Source: Octopus vulgaris
Taxonomy: Eukaryota
Direction: 5' to 3'
Assembly (NCBI GenBank): GCA_951406725.2
Contig: OX597825.1
Coordinates: 14,900,001-14,962,000 of the forward strand
DNA: 62,000 bases
The notes below the pieces were generated by a model, which had not been told where the DNA came from, ran no database searches, and saw only the letters and a program-made list of their open reading frames with translations. This document shows, one piece after another, positions 53,720-62,000 of this stretch. The translations under genes and the position numbers were made by a program. Every line of letters starts with the position of its first letter. Position 1 is the stretch's first letter.

Positions 53720-54218
53720 TTGGGTTGTCCAGAAAGTTCATGCCGATTTATGGAAGCTTACTTTTCGACTTATTTTAGAACATGTTTGCGTCCATAAAAC
53801 ATGATTTGACTACACCTCCATTTAGAGCACAGTTTAAGCTATCTTTTCATGGAAGAAGGTTTATGTTCCTATAACCTGTGTTAATTCCGTAACCCTTTTC
53901 GGCGCTTGATGCTTTTCTTTTTCCGTTAAGGGGAAAATGCCTCACAAGCAACCAAAGAAATATGCGCAGTTTACGGTGATGTTTCTTTATCCGAACGACC
54001 TGTACGGAAGTGGTTCGCAAGGTTCCGAGCTGGAGATTGTAGCCTTATTGATAAAGTGCAATCAGGCAGACCATCCACTACAGCTGATGACTAAATTGAG
54101 AATAACCCACATTGCACAACCCGAGAGTTGGCAGAAAGCCTCAACCTATCAAAATCAGTTGTTCATGAGCACTTGGTAAAGCTTGGGTAATGGCAAGTAT
54201 TTATTGACCTTTTTCTCT
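53720..54218 (+). mobile_element. Mariner fragment retaining the N-terminal DNA-binding region
   Basis: 5' TIR ttgggttgtccagaaagttc; GENASQATKEICAVYGDVSLSERPVRKWFARFRAGDCSL...SGRP...TTRELAESLNLSKSVVHEHLVKLG; then a 3' subterminal piece; start codon deleted. Confidence 0.92.
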
Positions 54219-55149
54219 GTGTGTATGTGTGTTTGTTTGTGTGTATGTTTGTTTTGTGTATGTGTGTGGAAAAACTAATGCCTCGATAATTGAACAATGT
54301 GATTTATTTTTGAATGTACCAAGTTCTGTTTAACTATTATAATTTACATCATCTTTAAATTCTGCGATATAATATTTATGACTTCATTTTATATTTCGGG
54401 TTTCAATATGTAAGATATAATGCATACGAGAAGGCTAATTATCGGAGAGGCGTTAATCTTTCGGTGATATTGTGGTTAAAAGATTCAAATATCTTCATTT
54501 CTAATGCAAGATGTGCATTCATTCCTGAATGCCCTAGTGACATCTCTACAAGTTTTGTACTCGATAAATGTGTCTTTGTTAGCAAGTTGTGCTACTTATT
54601 TGCTTTGCTAGAGGACAAGCGTTCGTTTGACATTGGCCATTGTTGTAAGAATTCCTTTCAGGTTTACTTTGAATTGGAAAAATTGTATACGAACGAATGA
54701 CAAAGTAATAAATCTGACGAAATTTGAATGAAGGTTATTGTTAATGAACATAAATTTACGTTAGAGAATTGCAGGCAAAACGGCAATAAGTGAAAGCAAA
54801 TTACATCGCATTATCTATACAATGTAAAGAAATAACTGTTTACGATTTTTGCGGCTATTTGTTTAAATACGGAATACGAATAATATACGTCAACGTTTAG
54901 AATCATGATTCGTAAATGCTGTTCAAATTACGGCCTTAGAAATATAGACAATAATCTAGAGACTTATAGAATGAGAAAGCGCGGAAGAGTGAGAAAAATA
55001 GGTAAAATGAGGTAAAATATATTTCAATGAATGATAAGATACACTTTTGATATCAACATTTGACCAACGTGTAAGGCCCAATAGCTCTGTTATATGAGAT
55101 CTATATTACACATGCACACCAGCATACATATGTAAATATATACACAAAT

Positions 55150-55150
55150 A

Positions 55151-55192
<42 letters not shown>

Positions 55193-55219
55193 TGTCTGTA
55201 TGTCTGTATGTACACAAAC

Positions 55220-55300
<81 letters not shown>

Positions 55301-55871
55301 TAGAGAAGGAGAGAAGAGAGAGAGATGTTTGTATGTATATATATATATCTATATGTTTGTGTAAATACAGACATATATCACACACACACACACACACGCA
55401 CACACACACAAACACACATATTCAACGGGGTTTTTTCATAAACGAATGGGAGGCAGGTTATCTTTTTTGACCCTGAGTAATTGTGGAAACCACTGACGAG
55501 AAACATGATCTTATTGATCAAATTTAGAATTCACGTTAAAAGGTTTTATCAAAGTACTTCGTTCTGGGAGTGTATCTCGCCAAAGAAAGACGTTGTGGCT
55601 TGCTGTTTGCCGTTCCGACTACTTCATGAGGTTAGCGCTTTTATGCAGCTACTCAAGTTTAATTTTGGCTCACATTTATTAATTTTACCTGTTTGCTTTT
55701 AACTGCTATAGACACCTTTATTGTAATACATCTTAATATTATATTATATCTTATTGTAAATATATATATATACATATATATATATATACATACATACATA
55801 TATATATATAAACATATATATATATATATATACATACATACATACATATGTATGTATATATATATACATAC

Positions 55872-55902
<31 letters not shown>

Positions 55903-56070
55903 CACATATATATATGCACATATATATATTCACACATATATATACACATATATACACACACGCACACATATATATATATAAATACATATATATACACACA
56001 CACATATATACATATATACATACACACATATATATAGATATGTGTATATATATATATTTATTTATATATA
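55150..56070. repeat. Two compound (TA)/(CA)/(GA) tracts (55150-55420, 55760-56070)
   Basis: Direct inspection. Confidence 0.9.
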
Positions 56071-56653
56071 TATAAGTGTGTACCGATGCATTTGTGTGTG
56101 TGAGTGCGTGTGTTTGCATGCGTGAGTGAGTCAGTAGCTTCCTTTTCTTGATGTAAACAAAAGTGACTCAGTTATATCAAGTGGACAAAAAAACTGATGT
56201 CCTCGTGTCATAAATTCAGCTTTTACTCTGATGAATACGACACACACCAGTACACTCTAAATGGTTGTTGGCTGAAGCTTTTGACGAGAATAAAAGTTCT
56301 ATAGGGGAAGTGACTCTGACACCAAACATAGAGGAGTGCACGTGAACTTCCGACGCAGAAGGACGAATCTAATCAAATATTTGTAGTTGTGAAATTGCCC
56401 GCCTTGAGCACAAGAACGATAATTATATTTTTCCCTTCGACACTCTATGAGAACTGATTTCCAAGCTGCGATTAAATCTATCCGATCTTGTTTTGAAGTG
56501 AACGCCGAAAGTTTTAATTTAATGTCCAAAACTGTTTGAAGAAAACAATTACTTGTTTGCGTTGCGATATAAAAGGGAATTATTACTGATAGACATACAT
56601 ATATGGAGGAGGCTCTTATAGCCATAAATATATGCATCTAGACACATATGTTA

Positions 56654-56688
<35 letters not shown>

Positions 56689-56719
56689 AACGGTTTTGTT
56701 AGGCAGTACCGGTTTTTAT

Positions 56720-57377
56720 AATTCTGTCAATAATAATAATAATAATATTTTATAAGCTTAAAGCTTGTAGCGATCACTGCGCAATGACTAAAGAAAATAG
56801 TCTAATAATAGGGCATATAAGCACTCGAGAGAGAAAAAAGGAAACTTTTCACAAACACTTAGGTCTCGAATTCAGATCTCTCTTAACACAACTGAGTCTG
56901 CTACCGATTACACTAACGAACCTACCTGTTAGTTTCTATGCTTAAGAACTACAATTAAGAACTATAATTAGTTCGTAGTTCTTTTTGTAAACATACTTTC
57001 ATGTGCTTTTTTACTGCGAATGATTGTGTTAAGCAGTGCTGATTTTAACAATTCTGTCAATAATAAAAATAGTATTTTATAAGCTTAAAGCTTATAGCGG
57101 CCACCGCGCAATGACTAAAGAAAATGGCCTAATAATGGGGAATATAAACCTTCGACAGATGAAAATATGTCTTCCCGTACGCGTGGGTATCGAACACACA
57201 ATCCTCTATTTTCGCAACTGAGTGCCCAATCAGATACCAATTATAGTTCTTAAATCTGACAGCAAAAATTAGGTAGGTTCGCAAGTGCAGTTTTTCTGTG
57301 GAGGGCTTATATGCCCCATTATTTGTATAATTTTCTAATTTATTCCGCTGTGATCGCTATATGCTTTAAGCTTATAA
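56720..57377. repeat. Three copies of a small element: direct, direct, inverted
   Basis: Shared block ttataagcttaaagc.t.tagcg...taatgggg.atataa at 56720-56970 (+), 57050-57227 (+) and 57239-57377 (-). Confidence 0.85.
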
Positions 57378-57889
57378 CATTCTATAACTTAAATATGTAG
57401 TTGAATAATAAAAAGAGATCTTCGTACATTATAATATATTTGAAAAAAATGAGTAGAGATGACATTTTGGGGTGGGTAATTTTTACTTTACTGGTAATGT
57501 TTACAGTTACTCTAATGAGTTTCGAGCTTTTCGATAGCGGCTTTCAAACTGAAATTCTGTAGTTTAGAAGTTTGTTTATATAGGAAAAGATTTTTCTCTC
57601 ACAAGTATACGTATAAAAATGAAAAATAGAAAATAAAAAATAGATATAAAAACTAATAGAAAGGTAATAAAATACACAAAACGTAATACAACTGCATGTG
57701 GGAAAAAGAAGAAAGAAGAAAAAAGTAAAATAGAAATAGGAGAAAGTTAAGAAGATAAAAAACGTAGTTGAAAATGTTAATGAGAAGAGATTAGTCTATC
57801 AGGAATAAAGAAATGGAATAATTTTAAGAGAGTGGTCAGAAATGTTGTTGAGTTCTTCTCAAAAGACGATACATAAAATGTGTACTTAC

Positions 57890-58026
57890 CTTCCACCGTT
57901 TTCTTTTTCCCTTTGTCCTTTTTCTTTTTTTGCCTCTTTCTTCTTTTTTCGCACATTCTGTTTTATTTATTGTTTGCATTATTTGCAATCTAATCAAATA
58001 CCATCGTTGGAATGGGATAAAAGAAC
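57890..58026 (-). other. Candidate isolated exon (unverified)
   Basis: Acceptor cttcctttgggtcttccacag|G, donor AAG|GTAAGTAC, one open frame of 45 codons; low-complexity Lys/Arg-rich translation with no recognisable homology. Confidence 0.2.
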
Positions 58027-58439
58027 CTGTGGAAGACCCAAAGGAAGCAGCCTTTTAGCGAAAATAATAACAGATACGAAATTTTACTGCCATACACAGC
58101 TCAGTTTCTCCTAAGCACGAAGTCTCGGGGAAACATGTGTGAAACACACACGCGAAATCAAAATCAGAAAGTTTACAAATTATAAAATATAAATGGAACA
58201 AAACAGTAATTACATAAATTGATTCATTACGCATACACCAGAATGTCAGCATAATCGTATATAAAATTTGATATCCATAGAACTACACATACTTCCCAAT
58301 GTTTGCACAACTACGTTAAATTTACAGGACTCACATACACGCATATGAAAACACGTGGAACAAACAAAGCAAGGAAAAATAAAATAAAAATACATTTTTA
58401 TTTTTCGAAATGACACAGAGTGAACAATTCATAACTTTA

Positions 58440-60095
58440 AAAGCACCACAAAAATTGTGCAATTCCTTAATGACATCAGGATGTAATATGGCGTCGATAA
58501 ATGAACAAAAGCCACCTTTATCAAAGGTAAATATCTATTGTTAATCGTGACCGGCAGAATCTCATAAAAGAGTTAGAACCAGCGGAGGGCTACAAATAAC
58601 TAGGGGTATTGGAAAGAGAGGGAGTCAAACATTCAGTGATGAGGAAATGTATCGGAAGAGAATGTTATCGCAGCTTAAGAGCAATACTCAAGACATAGCT
58701 GAATGCAAGAAATAGGATCGAAGCGATCAATACTTTAGCCATACCAGTCGTGACTTACTATTTCAATATCATTAAGTGGTCAGTTACTGAAATATCTAAT
58801 CTTGACAGAAAAATAAAATAATTGTTGAAAAGGCATATAATGAACCACCCCCATATGGCAGATATAGAACGATTTTGCCAAGAACAGAGGGTCGCCGTGA
58901 AAAGTTACAACGAAGGCTGCTACAATTGCCCTAGACACCTACCTAAAAAATGCTGATAACTGGATGTTAAATAGTCTCAAAGCATGAAAACAAGAAGACA
59001 TCGTACTCGATAACAAAACTGGCAACAGAATACCTAAGTGAATTTCAAACACAACAAATTCCAGAATAAGTCGTATTAGAAACAAACACAGAAAAAGCTA
59101 AGCGTATGAAAACCCGTGCTAAAACTGCTACCTTACATATTCTTACTGATAAATGGCAGTAAAGAGCTCCCAATTGTAAATACCCAAAGAGAACTAATAG
59201 TGTCACCAATGGCTAGTGTCTTCTGGCTTAAAATCAGAAACAGAAGGGTTTATCAATGCAGCCCCAATTCAATGCCTAACTACAAGGAACTAACAGTCCA
59301 ACACATTAAAAAACGGTAGTAGCCCAACATGTCGTGTATGTTAACAACAAAATAAAACCATTGATCATGTTGTGTCTATGTGCAGTCTACTTGTGCCTAG
59401 AGATTATCTCAGTAGGCATGATAGAGCTGCACAATATATTCACTGGGTAATTTGCACATACCTGGACCTGCCCCATGATAAAAAGTGGTGGGAACACAAA
59501 CCATCTCCAAAGCTTAAAAACGATCACACCTCACTCCTCTGGTACTTCACCATTCAAAATAACAGAAAGACAGATGGGAATAGGGCAGACATTATATTCA
59601 AACCCTTCAGCTAAAAATCGTGCCTCCTGATTGACATGACAGTTACAAATGACATAAATGTATCTGTGAAGACCTGCCAAAAACTGAACAAGTATAAATA
59701 TCTTGAAATAGACATTCGTAAAATGTGGAACCTCAAGACTAAAACAACACCTTCTGTCATAAGTGCCGTAGGAATGATAGGAGAAGGGGCTAAAATGCTA
59801 CCTAGCTCAGATACCAGGAAACCTCAAAATGTCAGAAATTCAGAAGATAGTGCTCATTGGAACTGCCCATATCCTACGTAAATTACTATCTGTGTAATCT
59901 CAAATTTTAAAACAAACTCATATTTTTCTTGTTTTCTTAATCATACCATAGAACAATAGAATGTACAAAACCAAAATATACGACACCCTAGGCAAAACAC
60001 CAACTTGAACTCCTAACTTATTGTCTCTTGACGTCTATGGGAGAGACTTGCAGCCAACTTGTACAAATACAAAGCAAGAAGAAGAAGAAGAAGAA
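58440..60095 (+). mobile_element. 5'-truncated R4/Dong-type LINE (RT C-terminus, CCHC region, restriction-like endonuclease, 3' UTR)
   Basis: DIRM*YGVDK; GYK*LGVLE...INTLAIPVVTYYFNIIKW...LDRK; DHVVSMCSLLVPRDYLSRHDRAAQYIHW; NRADII...LIDM...KLNKYKYLEIDIRKMW; ends in a (GAA)n tail. Confidence 0.92.
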
Positions 60096-60099
60096 TTTT

Positions 60100-60292
60100 A
60101 ACTTTTGATACCAGGCGAGCAAATTCAGAGATTACGTTGACCCCAAAATGCAGCTGTCAACCCGTGAAGGAACAAGTCTGAAGTCAACCTTAACGCAAAT
60201 CACAATGACCGGACGAAATGCCACTACGCATTTTTGTCCGGCGTACAAAAGATTTTGCCACTTCACCACCTTAATAACAACAACAACAACAA

Positions 60293-60335
<43 letters not shown>

Positions 60336-60425
60336 AATAATCCTTTCTACTATTGGCATAAGCCTCCTTTCTATTAGGTAGACCCTTATGCGCAACTTAA
60401 TTTATCGAACCAGAAAGGATGAAAA
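60100..60425 (-). mobile_element. Two old SINE family A-like fragments separated by (AAT)n
   Basis: ggacgaaatgccactacgcatttttgtccggcg (60100-60275) and aatttatcgaaccagaaaggatgaaa (60340-60425). Confidence 0.6.
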
Positions 60426-60600
60426 GAAGAAGAAGAAAGAAGAAAGAAGAAGAAGAAGAAGAAGGAGAGGAAGAAGAAAAAGAAGAAGAAGAAGAAGAAG
60501 AAGAAGAAGAAGAAGAAGAAGAACAACAACAACAACAACAAGAACAAGAACAAGAAGAACAAGAACAAAAACAAGAACAAAGAGAACAAGAAATGAAATA
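60420..60600. repeat. (GAA)n/(CAA)n purine-rich tract
   Basis: Direct inspection. Confidence 0.95.
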
Positions 60601-61262
60601 ATATTTGGAATATTAATAATGACAATGTTATTAATATTGTGAAGTAACAAATAAGTAGCTATAAAAATATCGTACATATTTATAAATGGAGACCATAGTA
60701 ATTTTTTTTTTAATCACACCGTTTGAGATATGTTTTAACAAAAGTATCAGCCATTACATCTCAATCAACGGAAGCCTTCAGAGCCTTCTTAAATTTCAAA
60801 TGAAGAACAGGACTAAGATAGCGAATTGATACTATGCATAGATCGGACATTTTTAATTGATTATAAGCGTCACAAATTCAGGCAGAACATTAATCAAATT
60901 GCTCTTCAAATTATTATCTTTCTAAGACTATATTTCGTTCTATATTTTTACCAGATTCTGTACTCATTATGCATACATTTTAAATTTTAATATTTTATTC
61001 TTTTAAATTTGCACCAGTATATTCTGGTGATAAATTGCTTCATTGTGTGCTGATTGAATCAATTTGCCTGTTATTGTTCTTATATACGCCATATCGGTTA
61101 TTTTATGTATTCGTCAATTTAGCTACTGTAATTAAATTATTTTAGATTGAGATTCCAGAAAAAAACAACAACTATATTTAAATTCGTAAGACACACGAAC
61201 TCTTATGAGGCCGCTGTATGTACGCAAACATATATCTATAATCTCTCCCTCTCTCTGTCTCT

Positions 61263-61298
<36 letters not shown>

Positions 61299-62000
61299 AT
61301 ATAGATATATATGTATGCGTCTGTGTGTGTGTGTGTCTTTGTGTGTGTGTGTGTGTCTAAATTTTAAATAATAAGGGTAAAAATTGTATAGTAATTAGAT
61401 TAATATCAATTTAACACCAGTGGTCTAGCATATTGAAAAATCTGAATTTTAAGAAAAAAATATATTATATACATATAAGTGGAGATGACCTGTATGTGGA
61501 CATCCACTATGCTAGAAGAAGATCAGCCATGATCTTACCACTAACAAAGGAATGTTCTCAAGAAAATTTAGCAAACGCCAGAACATTCTATGGTGATAAA
61601 TCAGTTAATGTCGGACTATCTACAAGACTCTCAGCGTACTGGAAACCATATATCCAGCTTTATCTACACATAAGTATAGACTGTAGGGTGTAGGGTTAGT
61701 AGTAAGGGAATGCTTGATGGGGATAATCTTGCAACATCCTGACTAAGATAGAGCAGAGGCAGAGAAGTATGTTGCTCCCTACTAACTATACTGTAAAATG
61801 GATTTTGCACTCCTTCAAATTTAGATGTTGGGCTGAAAACGTCTTATCTTCAAACGTATTAAGGGTATTTAGCTTTCAGTTGCATCTGGCTTTTATAGTG
61901 ACACAACATAGCGTCAGGTTTATCTCGAATCTCAAGTGTTTGAATGCCATTCAACACAAAATGGCATCTTTCATGAAGTTCCATTCATTGAAAGAGGGGG

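Noticed and set aside
55490-55515. CTGACGA-GAAAC hammerhead-like core
   Set aside because: No stem II, stem I or stem III; likely chance
60386-60677. Poly-E/K/F/L ORFs
   Set aside because: (GAA)n/(CAA)n microsatellite

Overview
AT-rich, microsatellite-dense eukaryotic DNA with no convincing protein-coding gene; almost every ORF in the track is a microsatellite translation or an antisense reading of a transposon. The SINE families and repeat style point to an octopus/coleoid cephalopod intron or intergenic region (inference from recognition, not a database search). The window is a layered transposable-element graveyard: three Helitron remnants (Rep domain 8.3-11.5 kb, helicase 26.3-27.7 kb, probable helicase C-terminus 1-530), two Penelope-like (GIY-YIG) fragments, two R4/Dong-type LINE fragments (RT plus restriction-like endonuclease), three deletion derivatives of one mariner family, a pogo-like MITE and about 20 tRNA-derived SINE copies, several with readable target-site duplications. 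The best finding is a hammerhead ribozyme with an intact catalytic core on the minus strand (1639-1720), with a long stem II and a palindromic stem III, lying downstream of a Penelope endonuclease fragment. There are also two degenerate tandem hammerhead-like motifs (16.8-17.1 kb), a perfect 38-bp hairpin (19.7 kb), a 58-bp foldback (39.3 kb), a direct-direct-inverted triple repeat (56.7-57.4 kb), a SINE dimer inside one TSD, and a SINE 3' tail shared with a putative LINE end. These fit known element classes; I cannot support a claim of a wholly new biological system. Protein-family calls come from manual translation and motif recognition, and element boundaries are approximate unless fixed by a TSD or TIR.
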